A stretch of DNA of 64,000 nt, taken from positions 1,440,001-1,504,000 of the forward strand of contig OZ241883.1 of assembly GCA_965203445.1 (NCBI GenBank), in the 5' to 3' direction. Below are positions 1 to 9,876 of the stretch, in pieces. The stretch comes from Candidatus Oxydemutator sp. (GTDB lineage Bacteria; Pseudomonadota; Gammaproteobacteria; Poriferisulfidales; Oxydemutatoraceae). Within the stretch, counting starts at the first letter, position 1. Each line of letters opens with the position of its first letter. The translations under genes were made by a program, and so were the position numbers. The notes beneath the pieces were generated by a model. It had not been told where the DNA came from. It saw nothing but the letters and a program-made list of their open reading frames with translations, and ran no database searches.

Positions 1-3
1 GGA

Positions 4-603
4 ATGTCGGCAGACGAAGCATTTGACTTTGTCGCATGTTTTGTCGAATACCGCAAGGCATTTATTCTCCTGAGAGAATATGATGAAAAAGTAGAAAGGG
101 AACAAGCTGGATCAGAAAACAGAGAAACAGAAGCGCCGGACATAGAAAAGCTTTATCTGATCATTGAAGAATTTAAGGCATGTTTAGCGTCGTGTGGTGA
201 AAATGTAGCCAAGTTCGGTGTTCCCAATAACGGGCGTTTGGATCAGGTTGTTCATAACCTGTACCAGACCTGGGATCAGGAAGAACTGTATCCGGGTCTG
301 GAGAATAAGGCGGCACACCTTTTTTACCTCTTGATAAAAGACCATATTTTTGTCGACGGCAATAAGCGGATCGCCTCTTTCCTGTTTCTCTGGTTTATAG
401 AACGCCACGATATGTTGGTCGGATCGAGAGATGAAAGAACAATCCCATATAATATCCTCTATGCACTTGCTATCCATGTTGCAGAAAGTGATCCCAAGGA
501 CAAAGATACGAATGTCCAACTCATTTGCAACATTATTGCAAGTTATTCGACATTCCTGCCAAGCGACCTGCCTGCGGAAATGCCGGGAGAACAAGAAAAA
601 TGA
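4..603 (+). CDS. Fic/Doc family protein (RhuM-Fic-like C-terminal part; may be 5'-truncated by window edge)
   Basis: Doc-type Fic motif HIFVDGNKRIA, preceded by ELYPGLENKAAHLFYLLIK. Confidence 0.8.
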   Translation: MSADEAFDFVACFVEYRKAFILLREYDEKVEREQAGSENRETEAPDIEKLYLIIEEFKACLASCGENVAKFGVPNNGRLDQVVHNLYQTWDQEELYPGLENKAAHLFYLLIKDHIFVDGNKRIASFLFLWFIERHDMLVGSRDERTIPYNILYALAIHVAESDPKDKDTNVQLICNIIASYSTFLPSDLPAEMPGEQEK

Positions 604-897
604 ACCTGTCTCAAAATCAAAGATCTCATGTATTATTCATTGCGCTGATCATATGGTACGATTGAGCGACGAGCAATGGAAACGCATACGCAAGCATTTC
701 CCAGAAGAAAACATCCCGCCGGATCGGGCCGCAGACTGCGTCGCTGTGAAAGACGCTGGATAGTGGAGAGGTCTTTTACATGGCTACGATGGCAACGACG
801 GTTGTCAGTACGGTGGGAGTATTACGCGCATAACTTTTTTGGCTTTGTGCAACTGGTTGCCATGATGATATTGATCAGGCAATTTTGAGACAGGCCC
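602..897 (+). mobile_element. Internally deleted IS5-family element (MITE-like, 296 bp)
   Basis: 16-bp TIRs GAACCTGTCTCAAAAT (602-617) and ATTTTGAGACAGGCCC (882-897), AT flanking both sides. Transposase N-terminus MVRLSDEQWKRI (653) is joined out of frame to C-terminus RRWIVERSFTWLRWQRRLSVRWE (to 888); DDE core missing. Confidence 0.85.
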
Positions 898-908
898 ATA
901 GAAGAAAC

Positions 909-2036
909 ATGAGAACTTATCATTTGTTCATCAGTCATTCCTGGACGTATACCGATCACTACAAAAATTTGGTCAATCTTTTGAATCAAGCAAGATCTTT
1001 CGGTTATCGCAATCTCTCGATCCCTAAGGATGATCCTGTACACAGTAGTACAGGTAAAGAGTTGTCCTCGGCAATCCGCAACAAAATGGAGTCATGCGGT
1101 GTTGTTATAGTTTTAGCGGGTGTATATGTTGGCTACAGCAAATGGATAGACAAAGAGATTAAAATTGCCCGAAGTGGCTTTTCAAAACCCAAGCCGATTT
1201 TGGTTATAGAACCCTGGGCAAGTAAGAGGACCTCCAAGATGTCGCCACGCGAGGCGGTCGAATATTTCCAAGACAAAAGCTACGCGGTTTCGGAAAATTG
1301 GTGGAGCATTTGGCTTGAAGCCAATGCGCGCGCATTCACGGTCGCCAAGGCTACCAAACTAAGCGTCCTTGCCGAGATTCGCGGAGCGCTCGCCGAAGCG
1401 TCGGTGGAGGGGACAACCGAGCGCGAGTTTGTCAAAGCGCTGAAGCCGCGCCTGCAAAAACTCGGGTGGTGGGGTCGTCGTGCCGACGGGCAGATGCTCG
1501 GTTCGTCACGGCGCCTGGAGACGATATTCCGCACCAACATGGCGTCGTTCTACAACGCCAGACGCTGGCGCGAACAGGCGCGCCGCGCCATGGCTTCCGT
1601 CGGCGCGCGCCCCTATCTGCAATATGTCGCGGTGCATGATCTCAGCACCCGGCCCTCGCACGCAGCGTTGCACGGCAAGGTGTTTCCGCACGATTCCAAG
1701 TTCTGGGATGCGTGGTATCCGCCCAACGGCTTCAACTGCCGCTGCCGCGTGCGCGCGCTGACCGAGGATCAGGTGCGGCGCAGGAAGCTGAAGGTGGAAA
1801 AGGACTTCGAGCTGCCGGAGATCCAAAGGCAGGTCGGGATAGACCGCGCGACCGGCAAAGTGATACGCCGACCGGTGCGCGGGTTCAGGGGGCGCGACGC
1901 CGCCGGCAAGCCGATAACGATAACACTACCTCCGGGATTCGACTACAACCCTGGAAAAGGTGCTAGAAATAATGCCGATAAAATCGTCGAGTGGAACACC
2001 GATAGCATTGTTTCGGCGATAAAGGAGTTGGCCTAG
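909..2036 (+). CDS. ThsB-like (MTH538/DUF1863) TIR-domain protein with in-frame inserted phage Mu gpF (MuF) domain
   Basis: TIR motifs YHLFISHSW, SKWIDKEI (catalytic Glu), KPILVIEPW and terminal ADKIVEWNTDSIVSAIKELA. Between them (about 1239-1961) MuF motifs ARAFTVAKAT, LQKLGWWG, RRLETIFRTN, TRPSHAALHG, YPPNGFNCRCRV, GFDYNPG. Confidence 0.85.
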   Translation: MRTYHLFISHSWTYTDHYKNLVNLLNQARSFGYRNLSIPKDDPVHSSTGKELSSAIRNKMESCGVVIVLAGVYVGYSKWIDKEIKIARSGFSKPKPILVIEPWASKRTSKMSPREAVEYFQDKSYAVSENWWSIWLEANARAFTVAKATKLSVLAEIRGALAEASVEGTTEREFVKALKPRLQKLGWWGRRADGQMLGSSRRLETIFRTNMASFYNARRWREQARRAMASVGARPYLQYVAVHDLSTRPSHAALHGKVFPHDSKFWDAWYPPNGFNCRCRVRALTEDQVRRRKLKVEKDFELPEIQRQVGIDRATGKVIRRPVRGFRGRDAAGKPITITLPPGFDYNPGKGARNNADKIVEWNTDSIVSAIKELA

Positions 2037-2485
2037 TGGCCGAAAACAAACAGGAACTCTTGGAAATCTACAAACTCCACGCCGAACTCGCAGACCGGGT
2101 GAGTCAGAGGCGGGAAGGCGCGAACCGACTTTATGTAAGTTTGTTGACGGGCTTCCTAATTCTCCTGGCTGCTTTGCTCAGATTTGGGACGGGAATAATG
2201 CTTGTTTGGGTTGTATTAGCCATGTCTGGCGCTTTAGGCCTCGTGCTTTCCGCGTCATGGTATATTATTATCCGATCTTACCGTCAGTTGAATAGCGGCA
2301 AGTTTAAGGCGTTACATGAATTAGAAGGGGAACTGGCCTATCCTTTCTTCAAACGCGAATGGGAGTTGCTGGAAAAAGGGAGAGAGATAAGCCGTTATTG
2401 GAAATTGACAGTCGTTGAGACGTCTCTCCCCATCGGTTTTTTTGCTCTTTCCATTGGCTTAATAATTATCGCTATTGTAATTTAA
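2036..2485 (+). CDS. Small multi-TM membrane protein (RipA-like family), putative effector
   Basis: YKLHAELADRVSQRREGANRLY, two TM helices, SYRQLNSGKF, C-terminal TM; GTG overlaps the TAG of the TIR gene. Confidence 0.7.
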   Translation: MAENKQELLEIYKLHAELADRVSQRREGANRLYVSLLTGFLILLAALLRFGTGIMLVWVVLAMSGALGLVLSASWYIIIRSYRQLNSGKFKALHELEGELAYPFFKREWELLEKGREISRYWKLTVVETSLPIGFFALSIGLIIIAIVI

Positions 2486-2486
2486 G

Positions 2487-2543
2487 TGGAAAAAATCTCT
2501 CAAAATCACCCCTGTCAAAGGGCGTCCCATGCTGCATTGGGTA
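2487..2543 (+). pseudogene. Relic duplicate of the first 19 codons of the Mod-like methyltransferase
   Basis: Encodes [18 protein letters not shown] as at 3694-3750; 10 nt differences, 9 synonymous, start TTG changed to TGG. Confidence 0.85.
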
Positions 2544-2643
2544 GAACCTCGACTATGGGCAAGCAGTCACTGCTATAATATGGTTACTGGCCATAGGTAT
2601 GGCGAACTATAATTTTTATCAGACCGAATAGAGAATAAATCAT

Positions 2644-3495
2644 ATGGGACCACTCGACGATTACATAAAGGAGCAGCTCGACAATCACATTGTCGAAATT
2701 GGGTCACAATTGGGTAACACTGACACAATATCAATAATAAGTCCCATTGTGTCTGGTGTTGATACAAGGGTCAGGCATGGCATCGAAATGATCCAAACCA
2801 AGAAAAGCAAGATAGCAATCATTCTGCACACCCCCGGGGGCATCGTTGAGATTGTTGAGAGGATAGTTGAGGTAATCAGAAATTTTTATGCTGAAGTTAT
2901 AGTTATTGTGCCGGATCAGGCAATGTCGGCAGGAACCGTTTTAGCATTGAGTGCTGACAAGATAATGATGGACTATTTTTCACGGCTGGGCCCTATTGAC
3001 CCTCAGATCCCTAAAGACGATAGGCTTGTCCCGGCATTGTCTTATTTGAATCAGTATGAAAGGTTGAATGAAAAAGCCCGGGAAGGCCATTTGACCACGG
3101 CAGAATATGCAATGCTTCAACAGCTCGATGTAGGCGAACTATACCAGTTCGAGCAGGCCCGCGAGCTTTCAGTAGAACTCCTGCGCAAGTGGCTGTCGCA
3201 ATACAAGTTTAAAGATTGGATAACTACAGAAAGTAGAAAAGTGCCAGTTACAGAAGAAATGAAGCAAGAACGAGCCAAAGAGATCGCTGATTTATTAAAT
3301 AATCCTGAAAGGTGGCATTCTCATGGACGTGGGATTGGTATTGATACTTTAAGGAACGAGTTGAACTTGAAAATTGAGGACTACTCGGAAAAATCGCAGT
3401 TATCGGACAGTATAAAGAATTACTTTAATCTTTTGGTGGATTACCTGACCCGAGAAAAAGTAAACTCTTTTGTGCATGCAGGGAGGTATTTTTGA
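2644..3495 (+). CDS. SDH-family ClpP-fold serine protease
   Basis: Motifs LHTPGG, AMSAGTVLALSADKIMM, LGPIDPQ, WHSHGRGI. Confidence 0.8.
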   Translation: MGPLDDYIKEQLDNHIVEIGSQLGNTDTISIISPIVSGVDTRVRHGIEMIQTKKSKIAIILHTPGGIVEIVERIVEVIRNFYAEVIVIVPDQAMSAGTVLALSADKIMMDYFSRLGPIDPQIPKDDRLVPALSYLNQYERLNEKAREGHLTTAEYAMLQQLDVGELYQFEQARELSVELLRKWLSQYKFKDWITTESRKVPVTEEMKQERAKEIADLLNNPERWHSHGRGIGIDTLRNELNLKIEDYSEKSQLSDSIKNYFNLLVDYLTREKVNSFVHAGRYF

Positions 3496-3497
3496 TC

Positions 3498-3692
3498 ATG
3501 TCGAATGAATCTGAAAAAAAATATCAAACTGGTGATGAGATATTGGGGAATAACCCGAAAGTATCCAAGCGAGTTGTTGCCCAGTATCGTAAGTTGGAAA
3601 AGCAGTTGGAGAAGCTTGGTGTAGATACAAAACCGCATTACACGTTATCTCCACCGCTTGGCGGAACTATTGCTGGTTTATCAAAGAAATAG
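3498..3692 (+). CDS. Small basic hypothetical protein
   Basis: GGGAGG RBS at 3481-3486; packed between protease stop and methyltransferase start. Confidence 0.6.
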   Translation: MSNESEKKYQTGDEILGNNPKVSKRVVAQYRKLEKQLEKLGVDTKPHYTLSPPLGGTIAGLSKK

Positions 3693-3693
3693 T

Positions 3694-5259
3694 TTGAAGA
3701 AATCTCTCAAAATTACTCCCGTTAAGGGACGTCCGATGCTGCATTGGGTGGGGAAGAAGCCGCTGGACGTGGTGCGGTATTTTCCGGCGCAGTTGTGCGA
3801 GAGCGTGGGGGTGGACAAGCCGCCTGCCGAGGCGTCGTACGAGCAATTTGTCGAAGGGGGCTATAACCTGCTTTATCACGGCGACAACAAGGAGATTTTG
3901 TCGTCATTGCTGGTGGCCGGGTTTCGCGGCCAGGTGGATTTGATCTACATTGATCCGCCGTTTGACAGCGGTGCGGATTACGTGCGTCGCGTGAAATTGC
4001 GCGGTGTGGGGAACGGCAATAACAGCAACGGCGAGAGAATCTCCGGCGAGGGACAGTCGCCGGTCGAGCAGGTCCAGTACCACGACATCTGGGCCAATGA
4101 CAATTATTTGCAGTTCATGTATGAGCGGCTGATTCTGATGCGGGAGTTACTGAGCGATAAAGGGAGCATTTATCTGCATTGTGACTGGCACAAAAGCCAT
4201 CACTTGCGGTTTTTGTTGGATGAGGTGTTTGGGGCGGAGAATTTTATTAACGAGATCATCTGGCACTATCCTAATTCTGGTAAATTAGTAACAAGCGTTT
4301 GGCGCATCCCAATGTTGAATATTGGGCATGAACGCCTTAATTTCCCCACCCAAAAGCCCGAGGCCTTACTCGAGCGCATCATCAAAGCCTCGAGCAACGA
4401 GGGTTCCATCGTTCTCGACTGTTTCTGCGGCAGCGGCACGACGGCCGCGGTCGCCGAGAAGTTGGGGCGTCGCTGGATTATGGCCGACCTCAATAAAGGC
4501 GCGATTCAAACCACTATGAAACGTTTGCAGGACGTCGTCGCCGACAAGAACGGCGACCTTGCGGAGGAGCCCGCGCGCGGCTTCATTCACTACCGCGTCA
4601 ACAACTACGACTACGCCAGACAGGACGAGTTGAAAAAGATCGTCATCTCCAAGTATGGCGTCCGCAAAGACAACGGCGATTTGTTTTTTGACGGCAGAAT
4701 CGGCGAGCAACTGGTCAAAATTATTGACTTGAACCGGCCGTTCACGCGCCTGGACGTTCAGATTATCAAGGACGAGTTGGCCCAAAACCGCCCGGACGAG
4801 ACGCGCGATATAGTGGTTTTCTGCAACGGCAGCGAGATGGAGATTATCGTCGAGCTGGCCAGGGAGAAAAGCCCGATCAACAAGATCATCGTGCGCGACA
4901 TTCAGCGCGACGGCGTAACCACCGACCACCCGGCCGAGGCGGACGTATCCATTGTCAAACGCGGAAAGAAGGCGAAAATCACCATCGCCGAGTACATCAG
5001 CCCGTCCATTCTGGCGAGAATGGAGATAGACCGGACTTTGTTTGACGAGCAGATTGACGATTTCCGCGCCCAGATTGACTGCGTGCTGATAGACACCGAC
5101 TACAACGGCAGGCACTTCAACGTTGTGGAAAGCGATCTGCCGGCGAAGAAAAACGATTACGTGCGGGGCGAATACGAGGTCGCGCTTCCTCGTCCCGGCG
5201 CCGCCGTGGCGGTGAAAATCACCGATATGTTGGGCGAGGAAACGGTTGTTACCGGATAG
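3694..5259 (+). CDS. Beta-class DNA methyltransferase, type III Mod-like, central segment apparently deleted
   Basis: IYIDPPF (motif IV) precedes [14 protein letters not shown] and DCFCGSGTT (motif I); C-terminal [11 protein letters not shown]; TTG start inferred from the duplicated 5' copy. Confidence 0.8.
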   Translation: MKKSLKITPVKGRPMLHWVGKKPLDVVRYFPAQLCESVGVDKPPAEASYEQFVEGGYNLLYHGDNKEILSSLLVAGFRGQVDLIYIDPPFDSGADYVRRVKLRGVGNGNNSNGERISGEGQSPVEQVQYHDIWANDNYLQFMYERLILMRELLSDKGSIYLHCDWHKSHHLRFLLDEVFGAENFINEIIWHYPNSGKLVTSVWRIPMLNIGHERLNFPTQKPEALLERIIKASSNEGSIVLDCFCGSGTTAAVAEKLGRRWIMADLNKGAIQTTMKRLQDVVADKNGDLAEEPARGFIHYRVNNYDYARQDELKKIVISKYGVRKDNGDLFFDGRIGEQLVKIIDLNRPFTRLDVQIIKDELAQNRPDETRDIVVFCNGSEMEIIVELAREKSPINKIIVRDIQRDGVTTDHPAEADVSIVKRGKKAKITIAEYISPSILARMEIDRTLFDEQIDDFRAQIDCVLIDTDYNGRHFNVVESDLPAKKNDYVRGEYEVALPRPGAAVAVKITDMLGEETVVTG

Positions 5260-5367
5260 GTTTTGTCCGGGACTGAGCGCGTGCGAGTATTCGTAGTATC
5301 CGTGTCCGTGTCGGAACGATTTCCATTGCATGTTCCCTTTCCCTCCGGGAAAGGATCGGGGTGAGGA

Positions 5368-6285
5368 TTACACTGCGGGCCCGTCCGACCGGCGCCGTTC
5401 CCTGGCGGCGGCCTTGCGGCCCACGGCCACCCGCATTTTGCCGGTGTAGTCGCGCACGCCGCGCACCGCGCAAAGACCGGCGGCCTCCATCATCGCGCGC
5501 ACGTTGGCACCCTGCCTGGGCGCGTGTTCGACGATCAGGCGTCCGCCGGGCCGTAAGTACGCGCCGGCGTTCGCCGTGATCGTGCGCAGGTGCGCCAAGC
5601 CGTCTTTGCCCGCGAACAGGGCCGCGGCGGGTTCGTGGGCGGCGACGGCGGCCTCCAGTTCGGGATCGTCGTCGCATACGTAGGGCGGATTGCTTGTGAT
5701 CAGATCGAAGCGCCGCGCGCGCGGCAGCCGCTCGAACCAGTCGCTTAGCAGAAACCGGATGCCGGGCAGGCCATGGCGCCGGGCGTTGCGGCGCGCCACC
5801 TCGAGCGCCCGTCGCGATACGTCGGTGGCGGTCGCCGCGACGTCTTTGCGCGCGTGCGCCACGGCGACGACGACGTTGCCGCAGCCGGTGCCGAGATCGA
5901 GCACGCGGGCCGCCTGCGGCAGGTTCGCAAGCGCCTCACAGACGATGCTCTCGGTCTCGGGGCGCGGTGCCAGCACCGCTTCGCTCACCTCGAAGTCAAG
6001 CGAGTAAAACTCGCGGCGTCCCCTCAGGTAGGCCAGCGGCACTCCGGCCGCGCGCCGCGCGACGGCGTCGTGCAACCGCTCCCCGGTGCGCGTGTCGAGA
6101 CGTCGTTCGCCGTTTGCGTACAGCCACGCGCGGCTTCGCGCAAGCGCGTGGCACAGCAGGTAGTCGGCGTCGGCGTCGTGGCCGCGCGCGGCGAGCCACG
6201 CGCGCAGCCCGCGCCGCGCCTCGCCCAACGTCGCGCCGGCGAAACGCGGCGGCGTGTCATGCGTATCGGGCGCGCCCCCCGTCAT
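5368..6285 (-). CDS. prmC: Release factor glutamine methyltransferase
   Basis: [20 protein letters not shown]; ATGA overlap with prfA. Confidence 0.93.
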   Translation of the reverse strand: MTGGAPDTHDTPPRFAGATLGEARRGLRAWLAARGHDADADYLLCHALARSRAWLYANGERRLDTRTGERLHDAVARRAAGVPLAYLRGRREFYSLDFEVSEAVLAPRPETESIVCEALANLPQAARVLDLGTGCGNVVVAVAHARKDVAATATDVSRRALEVARRNARRHGLPGIRFLLSDWFERLPRARRFDLITSNPPYVCDDDPELEAAVAAHEPAAALFAGKDGLAHLRTITANAGAYLRPGGRLIVEHAPRQGANVRAMMEAAGLCAVRGVRDYTGKMRVAVGRKAAARERRRSDGPAV

Positions 6286-7367
6286 TCGTCGCGCCCGAGT
6301 TCGGCCAGCAGCTCGGCCTGGTGTTCGTTGATCAGCGGCTGGAGCAGCGGGTCGAGCGCGCCTTCCATCAGTTGCGGCAGTTGGTACAGCGTCAGACCGA
6401 TGCGGTGGTCGGTGACGCGCCCCTGCGGATAGTTGTAGGTGCGTATGCGTTGCGAGCGGTCGCCGCTGCCTATCAGATCGCGCCGATCCGCCGCCTGCCG
6501 TTGTTCCCGTGCGCGGCGTTCGGCGTCGAGCAACTTCGCCTTCAGCAGCGCCAGCGCGCGCGTCTTGTTGCGGTTTTGCGAACGCTCGGCCTGGCATTCG
6601 ACGACCATGCCGCTCGGCAGGTGGGTTACGCGGATCGCCGAGTCGGTCTTGTTGACGTGCTGGCCGCCGGCGCCCGAGGCGCGAAAGCGGTCTATGCGCA
6701 GGTCGGCAGGATTGATGTCGACGTGGTCTATGTCCTCGGTCTCCGGCAACACCGCCACGGTCGCCGCCGACGTGTGTATGCGCCCCTGGGCCTCGGTCTC
6801 CGGCACCCGCTGCACGCGGTGCGCGCCGGACTCGAACTTCAGCCGCGAATACACGCCCTTGCCGTTGACGCGCGAGATCAGCTCCTTGAAACCGCCGTGC
6901 TCGCCGTCGCGCGCGCTGAGTATCTCGATTCGCCATCTCCTGCCTTCGGCGTAGTGTTGGTACATGCGAAACAGGTCGCCGGCGAAGATCGCGGCTTCGT
7001 CGCCGCCGGTGCCGGCGCGGATTTCGAGAAACACGCCGCCGTCGTCGTGCGGGTCCCGCGGCAGCAGCTGCCGTTGCAGTTCGCGTTCGAGTTCGTCGCA
7101 CAGCGCCTCGAGCGCGGCCAATTCCTCCCGCGCCATCTCGCGCAGCTCGGCGTCGTCGTCGGCCAGTTGGCGCGTCTTTTCGACGTCGTCCATGCACGCG
7201 CGGTAGGCGCCGAACGATGCGACGATGCGATCCAGGCGCGCGTATTCGCGCGCGCGCTCGCGGTAGCGTCGCTGGTCCGCGGCGGCGTCGGTGCGCGCGA
7301 GTTGTTCGGCGAGCGCGCGGTGGCGGCGTTCGATTTCTTCCAGTTTTTTCAGAATGGACGCCTTCAT
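6282..7367 (-). CDS. prfA: Peptide chain release factor 1
   Basis: [34 protein letters not shown]. Confidence 0.97.
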   Translation of the reverse strand: MKASILKKLEEIERRHRALAEQLARTDAAADQRRYRERAREYARLDRIVASFGAYRACMDDVEKTRQLADDDAELREMAREELAALEALCDELERELQRQLLPRDPHDDGGVFLEIRAGTGGDEAAIFAGDLFRMYQHYAEGRRWRIEILSARDGEHGGFKELISRVNGKGVYSRLKFESGAHRVQRVPETEAQGRIHTSAATVAVLPETEDIDHVDINPADLRIDRFRASGAGGQHVNKTDSAIRVTHLPSGMVVECQAERSQNRNKTRALALLKAKLLDAERRAREQRQAADRRDLIGSGDRSQRIRTYNYPQGRVTDHRIGLTLYQLPQLMEGALDPLLQPLINEHQAELLAELGRDE

Positions 7368-8638
7368 CTTTCGTCGTCGTCCAGGCCGAAGAGTTTTCGC
7401 GCGTTCTCGAGCAGCGCCTTGTCGTCGTTTTTGGCGGCTTCCTGAATCGCCGCGGTCGGCCGGTGCATCAGTTTGCCGGTCAGCGCGTGCGCGAGGTGGC
7501 GCAGGGCCTCGGCGCCGCCCTTGTCCCGGCGCAGCAGCCGCGTCGCGTCGGCGAGCGCGTCGTCGCGGTGCCGCTCGGCGCGCGCGCGGAATTGCCGGAT
7601 CAGCTCGCCCGCCTGGCGCACGTCCAACCATTCGACGAATTCGGCGACGCGTCGCTCGACGATGCGCTCGGCTTTGTCGGCTTCGCGCAGCCGGTTGCGC
7701 TGGTTGACGTCGGCGATCTCGACCAGGTTGTCGAGGGTGTACAGATACACGTCCTCGAGCGCGGCGACCGCCGGCTCGACGTCGCGCGGCAGCGCGACGT
7801 CCACGATATAGACGGGGCGGCGTTTGCGCACCTTCAGCGCGCGCTCGATCATGGCCTTGCCGACGACCGCGTCTTTGCCCGAAGTGCCGCTGACGATGAC
7901 GTCGTAGCGCGGCAGCGCGTCGCCGAGCGCGCCGAAGGCGACGCTGTCGGCGCCGCAGGCGGCGGCGAGTTCGCGCGCTCTTTGTGGCGAGCGGTTGGCG
8001 ATTGCAAGCGCGCCGATACCGGCGCTTTTGAAGTGCCGTATCGTCAGCTCGATCATCTCGCCGGCGCCTATCATCAACGCGCGTTTCGCGGACAAATCCT
8101 CGAAGATCTTTTTGCACACGTCCACCGCTATCGAGGCGTACGAGATCGGGTGGCGCCCGAGGTCGGTCTCCGAACGCGCCTGTTTGGCGGTCGCCAAGGC
8201 GTGCTCGAACAATCTTCCCAGCGCACCGCCGCCGGCGCCGCCCGCGTCCTCGCCGAGCGCCGCCCGGTAGGCCGCCTTGACCTGTCCCGTCACCTGCGGT
8301 TCGCCGACGATGGCCGAATCGAGACCGCTGGCGACGCGCAGCAGGTGGCGCACGGCGCTTGTGTCGCGCAGCGTGAACAAGTGGCCGTCGAGTTCGCGCG
8401 CGTCGAGGCCGTGGTAGCCGCACAGCCACGCGGTGATGCCGCCGGCGCGGTAGTTTCCGCCGGTCGCGGCGTAGATTTCGAGACGGTTACAGGTCGAGAC
8501 GATGACGCTCTGTTCAAGGGCCGTCGCGCGGCGCAGATCGGTCAGCGCCGAGGCGATGGAATCTTCCGGCAGCGCGACTTTTTCGCGCACGTCGAGCGGT
8601 GCGCTATGGTGGTTTAAGCCGACGACGAGCAGCGTCAT
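7364..8638 (-). CDS. hemA: Glutamyl-tRNA reductase
   Basis: [36 protein letters not shown]. Confidence 0.97.
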   Translation of the reverse strand: MTLLVVGLNHHSAPLDVREKVALPEDSIASALTDLRRATALEQSVIVSTCNRLEIYAATGGNYRAGGITAWLCGYHGLDARELDGHLFTLRDTSAVRHLLRVASGLDSAIVGEPQVTGQVKAAYRAALGEDAGGAGGGALGRLFEHALATAKQARSETDLGRHPISYASIAVDVCKKIFEDLSAKRALMIGAGEMIELTIRHFKSAGIGALAIANRSPQRARELAAACGADSVAFGALGDALPRYDVIVSGTSGKDAVVGKAMIERALKVRKRRPVYIVDVALPRDVEPAVAALEDVYLYTLDNLVEIADVNQRNRLREADKAERIVERRVAEFVEWLDVRQAGELIRQFRARAERHRDDALADATRLLRRDKGGAEALRHLAHALTGKLMHRPTAAIQEAAKNDDKALLENARKLFGLDDDER

Positions 8639-8744
8639 TTGCGTCGTTTGGAGGGGTGGGGGGAGCGCCGCGCGCGCCGACTAACCGCCACGCGCGGCAC
8701 GCGGCGCGGGGGCAGCGGGCTTGGTCGTCGTGGCGATCATAAAG

Positions 8745-9821
8745 TCAGTGTAGCAAACGACACGCCAAAAGGGAATTGCATGTATGAGGCCACCACATTC
8801 TGGACAAATGAGGTAGTTGTTTTTGGATGGCTTGGCACGGGGTGATATTCCCCAGGCTCCGGTGCGGGCGCTCGCCGTTGTAGCGTTCCAGATACCTGAA
8901 CAACGCATCGTTGAAAGCATACAGATCATCAAATAATCTGTCTTCCCGGTAGTCCACGAACTCCTCCTGCACGGTTCTGTTGAAGCGCTCGCATAATGCG
9001 TTCATCTTCGGACAACGCGGGTAAGTGTAACAGTGTTCTATACCCGCACGCTTCAGGTATTCGTCGAACTCTCCCTGATACTCGCTGCCGTTGTCCGTCA
9101 GCACTTTCTCGATGCGCCCCGGAAACACTTCGCACACCAGGCGCATGAAACACGCCGCGTCGCGACTGCTGGCGCGGCGACTGGCCAACGCCAACGCAAA
9201 GCGACTGCTGTGATCCGTCGCCGTGAAGATATGGCGGCGACTGTTTCTCACGAAGCGCACTATCGTATCAACCGCCACGCAATGGCCTGCATGCCCGGCA
9301 TGGAAGTCTTTGCCCAAGCGCTGGCGCGGTCGGCGCTTGAACTCCTTGCGCCGACCGCGACTGTCCAGGCGAACCGCCACCTTGCGCATCTTGTCCGGGG
9401 CATCCGCTATCAGGCGGCCTATCGTGCGCTCCCCGGGACATCTCACCCCGCGCTTGGCGCACCACGCAACCAGCAGCACGTGAACCTTCTCCTTGCCTAA
9501 ATTCGGGTGGCGCTCACGCAAGCGTCTGATCTCTTGGACCACCGCCACCGGCCACCGCCGCACCCGCCTGTTCTTGGGCGCCTTGCTGACGTCGTGCAAC
9601 CCACTGAGACCGCCTTCGCGGTGGCGCTTGCGCCACGCATACAGGGTGCTGCGCGAAACCCCGAAGGCGTCTTGGGTTGCAGGCAAGCCATGATTATCCC
9701 AGAATATGAGGGCGTCGTATTTGCGTTCGGCACTCGTTGCCATAATAGCCTCCATTCGGTTTGCATAGGAAGCTATTTTACGCAACCCTGGGACGCGGTA
9801 GCCGACGTGCTTTATTTGCAT
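8745..9821 (-). CDS. IS481-family DDE transposase
   Basis: HTH FGVSRSTLYAW; rve core AVDT, LTDNGSEY, CERFNRTVQEE, YNGERPHRSL; stop codon lies outside the TIR. Confidence 0.9.
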   Translation of the reverse strand: MQIKHVGYRVPGLRKIASYANRMEAIMATSAERKYDALIFWDNHGLPATQDAFGVSRSTLYAWRKRHREGGLSGLHDVSKAPKNRRVRRWPVAVVQEIRRLRERHPNLGKEKVHVLLVAWCAKRGVRCPGERTIGRLIADAPDKMRKVAVRLDSRGRRKEFKRRPRQRLGKDFHAGHAGHCVAVDTIVRFVRNSRRHIFTATDHSSRFALALASRRASSRDAACFMRLVCEVFPGRIEKVLTDNGSEYQGEFDEYLKRAGIEHCYTYPRCPKMNALCERFNRTVQEEFVDYREDRLFDDLYAFNDALFRYLERYNGERPHRSLGNITPCQAIQKQLPHLSRMWWPHTCNSLLACRLLH

Positions 9822-9876
9822 GTCGGCTACCTTTCTGCGGCTAAGATATTGTCCAGAATGTTTCTGGCCCTATACA
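8781..9876 (-). mobile_element. IS481-family insertion sequence, complete
   Basis: TGT...ACA termini; imperfect TIRs TGTATGAGGCCACCACATTCTGGACAA (8781-8807) and TTGTCCAGAATGTTTCTGGCCCTATACA (9849-9876); 5-bp TSD TTGCA (8776-8780, 9877-9881). Confidence 0.9.

Noticed and set aside
1239-1961. MuF insert as an intein or as evidence of a prophage
   Set aside because: No Cys/Ser start or His-Asn end typical of inteins; no portal, terminase, capsid or integrase genes in the window.
4-2036. Ancestral Fic-TIR protein fusion split by the IS5 element
   Set aside because: It is in frame only if no target duplication is assumed; removing the apparent AT duplication restores a TAG stop.
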